A stretch of 64,000 nucleotides of DNA from Tubulanus polymorphus (taxonomy: Eukaryota; Animalia; Nemertea). The notes beneath the pieces were generated by a model that saw only the letters and a list, made by a program, of their open reading frames with translations, ran no database searches and was not told the origin of the DNA. The position numbers were made by a program, and so were the translations under genes. The stretch spans positions 578,131 through 642,130 of the forward strand of contig NC_134033.1 in NCBI RefSeq assembly GCF_964204645.1, given 5' to 3'. Below are positions 13,001-26,982 of the stretch, piece by piece (the stretch's first letter is position 1; each line of letters begins with the position of its first letter).

Positions 13001-16000
13001 ATCTTACAACCGGTGAGTTTTAAATCTGTATTAAATGTATTCTAAAATCCTCAGATCAATTAGCAAGAATTTAAATTTGGAATTTTATTCAGTATTGCTT
13101 CTACAAAATAAATGCATATGTTTGGTCGAGACTTGACTCATGGGCAGATACATTTTAACATTGGCTCCTAAAATGAATGACCTTACACTAGGTCCTTTAC
13201 ATAAATGGTTCTTAGAAGGCACTTAGAAGTCGTTTGGTTGACTATAATAACCAAAATGTGCTTAGACTGACCTTAAGTTGTTAGAATTGGTTTTCAAGAT
13301 GGCCGTAAGACGGGTGTCAAGTTGTCAGATTGGCAACAGAACCAAAATGAACTTCGACCGGTCTTTTGGATTAGATCAGGATGATCTTAAACTGATCTTC
13401 GTTAAAATCTCAACTTCTTGACCCCAAAAACTTTACAATAAGTTTTTTGATTATTTTTCTGATACAGGTACAAGAGAACAAGCGTTCGTGTACGCGTTAT
13501 CATCAGCATCGATCACTCAGTCGATAGCACGTGCGTGCAGTTCCGGTCGTACGAGTCGCTGTAGCTGTGGCCCACTTCCGAGGGAGCCACCGGACGGTGA
13601 CTTCAAATGGGGCGGGTGCGGGGACGATTTACGTTACGGAATTTACCTCAGTCGGACGTTCACTGATGCGCCGTATATCTATAGAAAGAAATCTAAAAAA
13701 GCACCTGCGGCAGGTGTGGACATTGCGACGCAGGCGCCACCTGTGTCGAAAAAATCTAAAATGAAGGCCGTTCGAAAATTCAAACGGTCTACAAAAGCGC
13801 AAGTAAATCGCCATAACAGCGAGGCTGGCAGACAGGTAATTTGAATTTCATCCTATTGAAGTTAGTTCATTTTTCAGATACCAAACCTACAACTGAGGAA
13901 CTCTAGGTCCAGTTTCAGATCAATTATACTCGCCCTATATACGGTGGTAATCAGGAACCAAACCCCGTAATGATAACAATGATTGGTCATCCGAGACCAG
14001 CCCATTTGTTCACCCAGTCCTGGCAGTGTGGTTGTCTCCTCAGAGATCTCCGTTACTCTACGAGTGTAACCAACATCCGACACCAAGGTTCATGGTGAAC
14101 CCATTTGGGTACTGACCCATCCAAGACTAGCCCACCCTAACGTGGAGAGGGACTTGAGTAAATTGTGTGGTTTTGTAAAACATTGAGTAACGTCGGCTCG
14201 AGCCGTGTACTGAGAGAGAGAAGAGAGAGAGAGAGAGAAGAGAGAGTGTGAGGGAGAGAGAGGAGAGAGAAAGGAGAGTGAGGGAGAGAGCTCAGAACTG
14301 CAGACCGACCGATCAGTTCTATTTGAAGCGGTTTGTTTCATCACAGCCGAAAGATCATAAATCAGTAATTATCTAGTTACACATTTATTGAGAGTTTCTG
14401 TTGGAGCTGAGGAAACTGAAGTTTCTCATCTCTCTCTCTCTCTCATTTTGTTGTTGTGTTGTGTTACAGTGTTTACGATGAGGTGTGCGGCTCGGTTCAC
14501 TACCGAGACCCGGTACCCCCAAAACCTGTTACACTAGTCACTCCCCAGGCGTCCAAACAAAATCTATCATCTAACCTTCCGACATCCCCAGTGACAGCGA
14601 CTTTAATCTTACGTTATTTCAAAATTCTTAAGATGTATATTCTAAGATTAACGTCCTATCTACAGTTATAACAATTATAATGATGATGAAAATTCATTTC
14701 CACAATTAATTACAACATGTCATAAAGAGATATTCAAGATTATACAAAATATGAAATATTTTAACATAATGTTGAGCAGATAAGATGAACAATCGCTTGT
14801 AAAAGACTCTAATCCCCTGGAATATAGCTATGAATATAACGTCTAAATCTGATCATTATTCGTACAAAATGTAAGAGGTTTATGTCTAAATTTGAAGTCT
14901 TTTCTGTGGATAAAACTTCTAAATTTGCAGTTTGTGGAAAAGGTTTTTAGATATATTTATCTTGAGCTTCAATACAGCATAAATACTTTTCCCTTGGACA
15001 CAAAACCGGCCCAGTCGTAAAGCTAAATCTTATCATTAATTGTACAAGATTTAAGAGGTTTATCTAGTTTAGAGGTGGATAAAACTTCTAATTTGTCTCA
15101 TAATTTGTGCTAAATGGAATGGGTTTTTAGTTTCAATACAGCAAAAATACTTTGAACTCTTGCACACAAAACCCAGTTGTGAAGTTTTGTCGTAAAGATT
15201 TGACTTTTCTAGAGTCTCGAACAAGCTATAAAGCCTAATAGATCGCATTACGTTACGAGGCTTACAGCTATGTATACAAGTATAGGCGAAACGACGTAGA
15301 ACTTTATGAGAAAAACTTTTAAACGGCAAACAACAGAAAATTAATGATTTCCACGGCGCATCGAACAAAAGCAACCGCGCGAACTGAAAACAAGTTTCAA
15401 AAATAAACACGGCTGTATTTGAACCCCGGAAGAGAATAATAGGTGGCCTTACGATATTAATGTTTTCTGTCCAAAAAACTCCCATAAAACGGTTTCAGTG
15501 ATCGATAGGAAATTCCGAGCTTATTCGAGGCACAAATTATCGCCGTATAATAGAATAGCAAACAATCATTCAGTCAAAGCGATTGTAATTTTTCTTTCGC
15601 CGTTATCGTTCGTTTTATCTGAAACGATATGTGATTTCAGGGTCTATTTTTGCCTTAACTTTATAATGAAAAATGAAAAATATGATCAACACAGCCGCGG
15701 CCCCTATCGCCTTCTTAAACGGCTGTAAACAGCTGATATTATGATATGTAAGGTTTTTAGGAACGTGGTTTTGATAGTCCAGTGGCGGCCTTTAAAGTTT
15801 AAGGTGGCTCAAAGCTTAAAGCTTAGCAGTCTGGGGTGGGTGGGTATCAGTCTAGGGTGGGTGGGTTTGTGGGTATCGGTCTGGGTTGGGTGGGTTTGTC
15901 CAAATCAGTCTGGGGGTGGTTGGGTATCAGTCTAGGGTGGGTGGGTTTGGGGAAGCAGTCTAGGGTGGGTGGGTTTGGGGAAGCAGTCTAGGGTGGGTGG

Positions 16001-19000
16001 GTTTGGGGAAGCAGTCTAGGGTGGGTGGGTATCAGTCCGTTGTCTAGATCGCTCTAATCATTTGTCAAATAGCGATTTTCACCTTTTGTTTGACAGTAAA
16101 TGAATGTTAATGTCGGCTGCGAGAAGATGTTCAACTACTGAACATCATTAATTACTCGTTCCTAAAACACCTGTACACCCGCCATATTGGATTCCCGTAA
16201 AATGCGGAACAGTGCCATTAAACCGACTACTGAGTGATGTCGGATGTGTTCAGAGTCGGGAGAATTTTGACAATTGATCGATTGAAATCTAACATACAAT
16301 GAATTCGCAACATCTCCGGCTCATCGCGTGCGCTGCACTTATTTGTAAAGAAATGTTCGCAATTTCGTTGTTAGTTGGAATTTTTGGTTACTGATGCAAT
16401 AAAAATGTTAAGAGCACGGAGGAAGGGAAAAGGTTTTCACCCTGAGGAACCACGTGCGCGTGGCTTCTAACATTAACTTCGAAATAGCATTCTGTTAAAA
16501 CATTTATAAATGTCGTCTTGGCGAACTGCACGAATTTTTGACGCCGTAAAAAAACCGTTACAATAATGTTTATACGGCGTTGATTCTAAACATGCGTTAT
16601 TTACTGGTGGGTTCTGTGTGAGTCGATGTGTACTACGTCACCAATATAGGCGTTAAAATTGAAATATTGTGAATTTTGGGCGTTTATTTTGTAATTGAAT
16701 GTATTTCATTACTCTTATTCGATAAATCGTTGTGCACCCCGTCATCAATATATCGAGGATGGACTGGTTGCCGTTCAATTCAATTATCGATATATCAAAA
16801 TATTAAAACCCAAATTGATCCTTAATATGATATGATTTATGTTATATTATTGTCGACAATTCTAAGCAACGTGTCATTTCTCAAGGCTTTGATAAACTTT
16901 CAAGCTCAGTTTTTTTGTTCCCATAAGGGGTGAAATAGATATGGAAGAACCGCTTGTATGTCACGTGTATGTCACGTGTATGTCTGGACCATACGATATC
17001 CTAGCACCAATGATATTTCAACTGCTAACTTTCATTTTCTTGTTCAGCTAATATCCACATTTCCCAGTCTATGTAGGAGTTTAATAAATTATCTGATGTA
17101 AACTTGGTTCGTTGCATTTAGAATTTATCACATGTTTTCGTCTATAAATTAGTATTTTAACAGCAATGACTCAAACACCTTGCGCGCTCTGTCTGCTGTT
17201 GTTATAGTCTTTGCCATCGTCGGAATTTCTGCGAATTTTTACGACTTTTGCGCAGCGATAAATAAACTACCGCGCACAATATTCATTACACTTACACATC
17301 CATATATTTCACTCATCATTAGAGTTTTGACAGAAATTCAAAATGGCTGCCACGCAGCTCTGTATAGGTTTTTAGGCGAAGAGCCTGTTATGAAGATAAC
17401 TGTCATAACGCACACGCCCTTTAGGGCCTTGTATTGTGTTTCCTTTTTACAAAAAACCCAAAAATTTATTCGCTTGAATCATTAAAAGTTTTTTGACGGA
17501 TAGGAGAAAATTCAAAATAGCTGCTAAGCAGCGATATAGGTTCTGACCATACTTAGGGCCCTTGGGGCGCATGGAAACTTGATTTTCATGCTACAATTAC
17601 TAATAGTTCTCGGGTTGTAATAATTGTTGAGCAAAAGGTTCACTTTAGGGCGATAACTTTGAAATTTGGACTTTTCATCAAATCAGCCCTAGCAATGACC
17701 TATTCCGTGAAGATCGTTCTAATATCACTTTCCCCCTCTTAAAAAATCACCGCGAATTTAACTGAAATAAAATTTGAATTGTATTTTACAGGCTGTCGAA
17801 CAGAGCATGCGCAAATCGTGTAAATGCCACGGCGTATCCGGTTCCTGTTCGTTGAAGACGTGCTGGAAAGCGTTACCAGATGTCGCTCAGATCGGTCAGA
17901 TTCTCAAAAACAGATATCACGTAAGCATTTCGGAGAATTTCATATATTTCGGTGTTTTTCAAACTCGAATTCTACCGCACAGCTGTGAATTAGAAGCAAT
18001 AGGTTGGCAATGTTCAAATTCTGAATTAATCACCTTGAAAAGTAAAGCATTATTTCAATCTTTAATTGAACACCAACAAAATAGGAATAAAAGTAGAATA
18101 GCCCCTGGCGTGGAGAATGCTAAATGATTTAAATCCACTGTTTAAGACTTAAAAAGATTAGGGCTTGAATATGATGATACCTTGTTCCTCCTAATCGGCC
18201 GGGTCACTTTTATAAACTGCAATATTGTCACAGTTCATTTCTATCGCTGCCGGGTCTAATATGGTTAGCTTGATCACGATTTTTTTTTAAAAAAGTAATG
18301 TACAGGGTAGATAGGCGGCCGCAGGGTCAACCTTTTTAGCCCAGCCGAAATGAGAAACAAGGTATCAATCATTTTCAAGCTAAAAAATATTTATTCAGCA
18401 AGAATTAGAATAGAAAAATTATAATCTATAGACTGTGGTCAGGTGTGAGGGCGAAAGCTGACAAAATACTGCGAAAGTAGCGTACGATACTATAATGTCT
18501 AGAATCAGCGCGGTAACTTTCTGTTTGATGTATAATTTATTGACCAGCTAACAAGTTATCTCTACGCCGAGGATCAAACGCGTTTTTCCCGGTTCAAACG
18601 CCGCGTAAAGTGGTTTTTATAACGGGAACATGAATGAGCATCAGCGAACGAGCGAAAAAAAACCCGACGGTTCGCGAACGAACTCCGGAGGCCGGGCAGA
18701 TTTTCTATTTTATTATATCAACGATTTATTTCATGCCTTTGTAGTAGTAAAGCGCGGCGCGGTCGTATATTTTACTTTACTGAGATTCGAACACATTCTG
18801 AAATAACGTCGGTACTTTTGATTAGAAAGGGAAACTGTTACATCAGAACCGGCGCGGGTTATAACGTGTAGGAACGGGATGTATGTAACTGTTAGCTCGA
18901 GTCTCAAGAGCGAGGAGTCGAGCTGAGCTACGACACGTCACCCAGAGGTGGGCGATACTGATGTAAAATTTAGGACCTATTCGGGTTTGAATGTCGGGTC

Positions 19001-20849
19001 CTACTGAATTGCCAATCCGACTAAAAAGATAATGAAAATATTAATGAATGATTTATTTATTTGTTGGGCTATGGGTCGTTCAGTGGTTCGACCAGCAACC
19101 TCGACCAGCAAGATAAACCCGATTCGAGTTTGATTAGAATTGTGGGATCATTACTGGATCTAAGTGGTCGACTTTCGAAAACATATCGATGTAAAAGACT
19201 AAAAACATATATCATATATTAATAACTTTATTCACTGCGATTGTTTTTAGATTATATATTCAAAAAGTAGCTTATATAATATGTACATTTATATCGTTAC
19301 AAATGTAAGAACAAACCAAACAGATGGCTACAACATAGCTTTCCCCACGGATACCCCTTTGAAATAACCGAATAAGTTTAGTTTTTTACGACACAATTAT
19401 TCACTAACATCAAAAAATCTCGAACGAAGAAAACATGTCCAGCAAAACAAAAAGCAAATCATTTTTACGCGTGTTTTGATTCGAAAGGTTTTTATGGTCC
19501 CCCAATTAGCGCTTGTAAACCGGCGACAATCGGCGGAAACTATCGATAGAACAGAGTATGAATTCACGGTCGGACGCGTTACGAACGTTTCATTCGTATA
19601 TTTAATCAAATCCACTGATTCTAATTGTACGTTCGGTATTTTAATGATATTTTTACAGATCGCAGTCGAGGTCGTAAAGCGAAAAGTGGAAAAACGAAAA
19701 CGTCTTGTACCGATTGACCCCGACAAAATGTTCTTCAGAGTCGACGAGATGATTTACTATTCGAAAAGCCCCGATTATTGCAGCCCGGATAAAAAATTGG
19801 GCTCGGTCGGCACGCGAGGCCGGTACGTATTTTAGTGTGTACTGAGTCCTGGGTTCAGTTACACGGAATAGTTTAAGCTTAAAACGGTTGAGTTTGAATT
19901 ATTGTCCTCATTGACACTGTAAAATATCAAATATGGCAATTCTTGTTAGCAAGGGTTTGGATCTTCAAAACCCTGCGAATCGACCTAATTTTCCGCAGCC
20001 ATTTATCACCTCAACATTGCATCATAGAATATCTCCTTTCGTCCGACCAAATGCTTCAATGTACAGTCAACCCCCCGATATACCGCCCGCCCACATCGCT
20101 GCAGAACGATTTTGACGGTGTAGAGAGTATGGCGGTATATCGGGGGTGTTTTACTATGTATTTGCATAGAGTTGTACATTGAGAAAACCCGGCGGTAAGC
20201 GGGGGTGGCGGTATATAGCAGGGTGATATATCGGGGGTGTTTTATTATGTATTTGTATTGGGTAAAATGGGAGGGTGGTGGTATATAGCAGGGTGATATA
20301 TCGGGGGTGTTTTATTATGTATTTGTATTGGGTAAAATGGGAGGGTGGTGGTATATAGCAGGGTGATATATCGGGGGTGTTTTATTATGTATTTGTATTG
20401 GGTAAAATGGGAGGGTGGCGGTATATAGCAGGGTGATATATCGGGGGTGTTTTATTATGTATTTGTATTGGGTAAAATGGGAGGGTGGTGGTATATGGCA
20501 GGGTGGCATATCGGGGGTGTTTTACTATGTATTTGTACAGAGATGTACTTTGAGACAACCTGGCAGTAGGAGGGGGTGGCGGCTAATGGGAGGGCGGTAT
20601 ATCGGGGGTCGACTGTAGCTTACAGTAGAATATAAAGTGACCAATCATTCTAATATTTCGATGATATTTTGTAGATTTTGCAAGCAGAATTCTCCGGGTT
20701 CAGCGAGTTGTGACTCTATGTGTTGTGGACGGGGATATCTCAGTTATACGGAGGAGGTCAAGGAGCGATGTCACTGTAAATATTACTGGTGCTGTTACGT
20801 CAAGTGCAAAACCTGCGTCAAACAAGTCGAACGTAATATGTGCCGGTAA
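10058..20849 (+). CDS. wnt11: Wnt family ligand, Wnt11 subfamily (~384 aa, 6 exons)
   Basis: Exons 10058-10137, 12774-13012, 13468-13835, 17792-17920, 19659-19822 and 20675-20849. All are GT-AG and phase-consistent (1155 nt). A signal peptide is followed by IKWLAL (typical of Wnt11), [40 protein letters not shown] (lipidated Ser), SPDYC, MCCGRGY and [16 protein letters not shown]. Confidence 0.95.
10170..10545. repeat. Degenerate ~40-bp tandem repeat (MITE-B end derivative)
   Basis: Repeated cccagttccacagttgtgtgggtttaatttgactctg. The same unit is arrayed at 37805-38070. Confidence 0.75.
14211..14290. repeat. (GA)n-rich microsatellite
   Basis: Purine tract gagagagag... in Wnt11 intron 3. Similar tracts occur at ~6921-6950 and ~23084-23121. 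Confidence 0.85.
15827..16036 (+). repeat. 28-bp G-rich minisatellite (G-quadruplex-forming motif)
   Basis: Unit cagtctagggtgggtgggtttggggaag at 15928, 15956, 15984 and 16012, plus degenerate upstream copies. Confidence 0.85.
20064..20615. mobile_element. Tc1/mariner(pogo)-type MITE with internal 70-bp tandem expansion
   Basis: TA|cagtcaacccccgatataccgcc ... ggcggtatatcgggggtcgactg|TA, i.e. TIRs starting CAGT with a TA TSD. The internal unit repeats at 20221, 20291, 20361, 20431 and 20501. Confidence 0.85.
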
Positions 20850-23800
20850 AAGCCGAATACCGTGATGACGTCATAAACGTGAACGCTTACGTCACCGATG
20901 TGCTATCGATGCGCCCGGATGAAACGCCCCTCCCCCGCGAAGCCCGTACGTTCGATCTCACGAATCGGACTTAAAGCGATTGAGTCTTCAGACTCGGACA
21001 TGCAACTCTTTCGATATTCGACAACAGGTTTAAGCGATTTTTTTGTGAAAAGAATTATTCATTTTTCTACTAGCTCTGAAAATGGCGTCGCTTTGAATTG
21101 ACATTGCGATTTGTCTGTTGTCGGAGAAGAAATAATGATTTAAAACCAAATGAACTTGAACCAAATGACTTGAACTGTTCAGAGAGTTTACTGTGAAATC
21201 GACTTTAAAAGTGAAATTTGCTCGATTCTACTGATTAGTTTTATGGCGATTTTTCTTTGAACGGAATAATCTTTTAAAAATGTTTCTGACAATCTGCAGT
21301 AATTTAAAAAAAAAACGTGTAATAAAAGAATATTATGATTATATATCTGTAGCTAGAAATATAACGACTATGCAACAACTATGCAACTGAAAGAGAAACT
21401 GCTGTAGCGAGCAGATCTCGCGCAAATCTCGTAAACTATCGCGAGATTTTACTTTGATTTTGAGGAGAAATTTCTTAGATTTTTCATCCTCTTAAAAATC
21501 GAAATATTTGAATATATGAATATCGATATACACGAGAATAATCTGTAGGCCTCTCCGTTAACCCCTATGATAAATGATGACGTCATAGGGGGATTTCATG
21601 GACGAGGCCATTATTTCTGAGCGGATATTTTGGCGATGCCATATCTCTGAAACTGTTTTCAATCTATACTCAAACTAACAGTGCCTTCAAATGCTTGTCC
21701 CTCCTTAAATGTCCTGATTATTCAGCGGAGAACTAAAAGTATTGCCTGAAGGGGGGAGGGTAAGAGGGGGAGGGGGTCCGGGGTGGGAAGAATTACGATC
21801 TGTATATATTTTGAATAAGTTCCGATAAATGTTACTGAAAAACAAAGATAATTGAGAATCTATCGTAAATCCGATGAAACATTTTATGAAACGATCTTTA
21901 ACCAAAAATGTAAATAAAAGACAATTATTAATTATTATCACGTAATATATTACAAATTTAATTGTAATTAATATCGATATCATCGATTTGCGTCGCTTTT
22001 TGTTTATAATGGACAGTCTTTAATTACAATGAGTAACCTAGGTAACCGCGGGTAAAAATAGGAATTTCAGGAAAAATTGAAAACCCGGAAACGTCACTGA
22101 AATGAAGAATCTTTTATCAGTTCTGTGTTTGGAAAATTGCTTCATTATCGATCTTAGAGAAAAACTATATTAATTTATGATAAATATTATAATTATTATT
22201 CTAATTATTGGTATATATTATTATGAATATTGTATTTTCGTTTTAACAATTTTTTCTTTTATTGCATTTAGTTGAAGATGAGATGATATGAAACATGTAT
22301 AAACATAATCAAAATGAGATCAAAATTATCATCATTAAAAAGAAGTTTTCCTTTTGTAAAATTCGAAGTCTTTTATCGTTCTTTATATCATGTCGTCCAC
22401 ACAGTGTTGAGGTCATTCGATGGTCAGCGATGGTCAGTAGTGGTCAGTTAGTTTACCAACAGATGAGTACCACGTCGACAGTTCTTTTGATCGAGTCCCA
22501 CAGTGAACTCGGAATTAAAATCAGTTGATTTTCGATGTGTTAACTCTGAGTTAAATCTAACTCAGCAACTGTGGAACTGGTCTTTCTAATTCAAAGCGAG
22601 CCGGTGAGCTGGTCAAGCGGTCATTCTGTGGTCAGGTGGATTTTCTGTCTACGAGTTACTTAAATCGCAAAAACAAACCCTGAAGTTGGAACTCAGAGAC
22701 TGCGGATTTACGCGGGGTGCGAACTATGCACGGATTCTTGTGGGCCGTGAATGAATTTGCACTAATTGTGAACCGAGTGTTTAAGAAGTTCGTTTTGCCC
22801 TCTACACCACAAACCGGAAGCAGCGATCATTTTTTTAAGAAAAGATATAAAATCTTAATTATTCTACGAAACGATGATCGCTCGATCGAATCCGCGAATT
22901 GACCCGGTCGCGTGTCGGTTTTTAAAACCGGTAAGTACAGGCGATCCTGAGTGTGGGTATGCACCCGGTGAACCCGCTGGGGATTGCTCGGGTGTGCGTT
23001 CAGTGTGTAGTCACCGGGGGCAATAAAAACATAAAACACGTGGTAATAAATAAATAGCTGTCAATACACGAGAAAGAATGAGAAAAGAGAGACAGAGAGA
23101 GAGAGAGAGAGTGAGAGAGAGATCGGGGGTGAGGCAAAAGTTCAAACTTCTGTGCGAAAACTCTGACGTCTGAAATTCGGAACAGCCATCGAGGAGAAGA
23201 AATCGCAACGACATATCATTGCTCTATATTTCATATTCTAAAAACAAAAAAATTGCTTAAAGACGTTTTAGAAAATATCAAATATATGATTCACGGTTGA
23301 ATCGGTTAAATCAATCGAAAATGAACTAATTGAAGAGAGTCAAGGGACGATTAGCTATTTTTGTGGAATTGCCAATTGGAATTACCAATTTCGAAGAATT
23401 TTTCCTCAGCTTTTTTATCTTGTTGAAAAAAGCGAAAAAATACCATTCTGTGAACAAATTTGCAAAAACAAGTCTCAAAGAATTCATTCAACCTAAAATG
23501 GAAAATATAAGAACCAAGATATTTGAACAAATAATTCATTTTTTTTCATTTATCCATTCATTTTATTTCGTCGCTAAAGTTGAATATTCTTCGTGATAAC
23601 GAAAATGATTTTCCTGATTTTGTGAACTTTTTAATTGATCTATAACGCATTATTTCTTAGATTAACAAAACACTCCGTTTTTAACGTGTAAAATAGATAA
23701 TCGGATAAATGTGGGATTCGAACCTTACGATTAAATTAGGATAGAATGTGGGATTCGAACCCGATGCAACATATGTGGATAATCTATGCGCGTATGCAAA

Positions 23801-23958
23801 TTGTTTGACGTTGATTTTGCATTAAACGCGTAACTTAAAACAGTAAATGGCTTCGCAGTGAATTAATGAGTTGAATGAAATGAAATGAAAGCCGCCAGAT
23901 TTCAGCGCAGAACGACTGTAGGACCGACGTCACGTCTTAAATAGCTTCATTCGACTTT

Positions 23959-24870
23959 TTATCTCTTGCTACACATCTCTATTATGACACTATTATCCTC
24001 TTCGAATGCATTGTATTCGGTCTGGACGAATTCATTTGTACCGTTGCAGACTTTCACCCCATTACAACATTTGACCACCGATGTTGTATCGACGTTGGGT
24101 TTTACCTTCTGGTAACAGCCTTCTCGAATCATATCTGCAATATCGCACACTAACGCATTTGTCGGCGAGCAGCTAAAAAACAAGAACGATGCAAAAAAGC
24201 CCGTGAAAATCCAGTCGAAATTGCGTTCGTTTTAGAAATATGGTTCTCATTCAAATAAAAAGGAATTCATAAGGATTTCTTAAAATAATTGTTGATGTAA
24301 ATTTAACGAATGGTCATCTCGACTCATGGTCCCAAGGTTTCACTAAAAAAAGGTTTAAATCTTGAAACGGCTTAAATCTTTAAATCAACTGAACAGAATT
24401 GAATCCTCCTCGGGCGATCTAACGCATTTTAAAATCTATTTCATTTTTAAAAGTATCTCTAAGAACCTTTACGTGAAACCACAGGCACCAGGGGGCGTAG
24501 ACGTAATTGTAGGATATTTTATAGGCAAATAATGATCAGTCGTTACGTTGTCTTAGTTCCAGTAAGTTTTTTATCCGGGTCTGTTTGATTCGCAGTGCAG
24601 ACATATTCCGCACACTCTTCCCCGACGATGGTGACTTTCACCAGCGGCTCGGCGCTGTTTTTCGGGAAAATCTGCCGACATTTTTCTTCAAAACAGAAAA
24701 AGCGTGATACAGTTGAAAATCGATGACTTATACTTATGTTCTAAAAATCACGTGATAAGGACCTCACCGTTGTTAAGCACAGAGATACCGCTATGGCAAC
24801 TTCTGAACATGCAAATTAAGCTTACGAACAATACTACGACCTTCAAGGCCATCGTCAAAGTTACTGCCAT
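23959..24870 (-). CDS. Small secreted cysteine-rich protein (151 aa), SVWC/single-VWC-like Cys pattern
   Basis: Exons 24870-24768 (MAVTLTMALKVVVLFVSLICMFRSCHS..., signal peptide; donor GTGAG, phase 1), 24685-24547 (phase 1 to 2) and 24172-23959. Total 456 nt in frame. The mature part has 10 Cys: C-x21-C-x4-C-x17-C-x7-C-x9-C-x15-CC-x5-C-x24-C. Confidence 0.8.
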
Positions 24871-25145
24871 TTTGTGCTGTTTGCTAGTTTAACAAATTCA
24901 ACCTCCTGTTTGCTTGTTCAACTTTCCAGTAATTTTTGTTTGCTGTTTTTACTGAATGCGACTGCTAATAATGATTTTCTGTCAAAAAACAAATAGATCA
25001 CGCTTTTAATGATGGCGTTACAAAATACGCATGAAGAATCGATTGAATTTGTAATGCTCGGTTCCGCAGTTGTTTGTGCGAACTTATGTTGGAAATTCCC
25101 AGCAGTAAGCAGTAAGGGAAAACTTGCTATGTTTGGCTCGAAACC

Positions 25146-25640
25146 CCGTCCAGACTGTTAGAGTGGTCTCCTACCCATTAGGAGACACCGTCCAGACTGT
25201 TAGAGTGGTCTCCTACCCATTAGGAGACACCGTCCAGACTGTTAGAGTGGTCTCCTACCCATTAGGAGACACCGTCCAGACTGGGAGAGTGGTCCCCTAC
25301 CCATTAGGAGACACCGTCCAGACTGGGCAAATAGTCTCCTTCCCATTAGGAGACACCGTCCAGACTGGGAGAGTAATCTCCTATCCATTAGGAGACACCG
25401 TCCAGACTGGGAGAGTGGTCCCCTACCCATTAGGAGACACCGTCCAGACTGGGCAAATAGTCTCCTTCCCATTAGGAGACACCGTCCAGACTGGGCAAAT
25501 AGTCTCCTTCCCATTAGGAGACACCGGCCAGACTGGGCAAATAGTCTCCTTCCCATTAGGAGACATCGTCCAGGCTGGGCAAATAGTCTCCTTCCCATTA
25601 GGAGACACCGTCCAGGCTGGGCAAATAGTCTCCTTCCCTA
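25146..25640. repeat. 42-bp minisatellite (~12 copies) with internal hairpin
   Basis: Unit ccgtccagactgggagagtggtctcctacccattaggagaca, containing the gtctcct..aggagac inverted pair. It generates the spurious ORFs at 25124-25690 and nearby. Confidence 0.92.
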
Positions 25641-26658
25641 GGGTTAAATGTTTACCGAGAACTATGAAAGCGGTTGAATTCTGTTATTAAGCATCGATTT
25701 CGGTTTAAACTACTCGAAACGAATTCTACGATAGCAAAATCATTTGTCAATTAAAAACACATGTTCAACGAGTTATTGAAGTCGAACTCGATGTTATAGA
25801 CAATAAATTCAATATATCTCAGTTGGACGTATTTCTAATTAGCAGCGAGCAGCAGCTGACTCTAACTAATCGACATTATTTCGACACATTTCAGAAAATT
25901 ACTCGAAATAAATTAAACAGTTTACCTCGATCATACGTAGCACGCAATACGCGTAAAATAATCTGGATTTATTGGAGATTTGCATTCATAAATGCACCTT
26001 ATTTCTGAGCATACTTTAATAAAACAACTCTGAAAGTCAAATGCTGCTCCCCATCGGGGCCTACGCCACAATCTTCGAGCGCCACCGATACGAGTGGTGG
26101 TCGGTTAAAGAACTATAACCTATTTTTGAGTGGAAATAGTTTAGTTCCTGTGCTGTCAAACTATCCGGATTCTAGAGGAAGGTGACTCATTTGAAACTAT
26201 TATTATATGAGCCATTTCCAAAAGTGTCGACAAGTTTTTGAAAAGGGCTCATAGCATTTTTTAGTTGAAATGTGAAAATCCTCGAAGGGGTTTTCATTGA
26301 TTGCGGGTTTTTATTCCTCAACTGAGTTAGACTTGAATCACTTGTCCGTACAAGAACCAAACAGATACCAGGTTTTATGTAACTGTTCTGCCATAACCGT
26401 TATCACCAGTGATAACGATATTTCGTTAAGGGTCAAAACCGAATAGGATATGGATTTTATCAGGATATTGAAATGATTACAAGTATTCCAAAAATAGCCA
26501 GATGAGGAAAGATTAAAAAGTAGATTTCCATTTTCGTGCAAGACACCAGGGCCCGCTTAGAGATAACAGGTGAATAAGGTGACTAATGGAATTTTAATTG
26601 TCACCAAGCATTTATCTACTGGTTATAGCTCTAATCAACTTTGGAACAAATGACCCCA

Positions 26659-26982
26659 GGGACCGGCTGCACAGTCATGGCTTAGACTTATGACAAATCT
26701 AAGACCAACTTAGTTCTATAGCCAATCTAACAACTAAGACCAGTCTAAGACCAACTTAGTTCTATAGCCAATCTAACAACTAAGACCAGTCTAAGACCAA
26801 CTTAGTTCTATAACCAATCTAACAACTTAAGACCAGTCTAAGTTCATTTGGTTCTATAACCAATCTAACAACTGAAGAACAGTCTAAACTCATTTTAGTT
26901 CTATAGCCAATCTAACAACTTAAGATTGGTCTTTAGATTTAAGACCACTTTTGGATTTAAGTCACGACTGTGCAACTGGCCC
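26659..26982. mobile_element. MITE family A (Harbinger-like) with internal tandem expansion
   Basis: TIRs gg(g/a)ccgg(t/c)tgca.agtcatg / cacgactgtgcaactggccc with CAG flanks. The internal agaccaacttagttctatagccaatctaacaact unit is repeated. Confidence 0.8.

Noticed and set aside
25124-25690. 188-aa repetitive ORF and overlapping antisense ORFs; superficially CRISPR-like hairpin repeats
   Set aside because: A 42-bp minisatellite that lacks stops in several frames. There are no unique spacers and no cas genes, and the context is eukaryotic.
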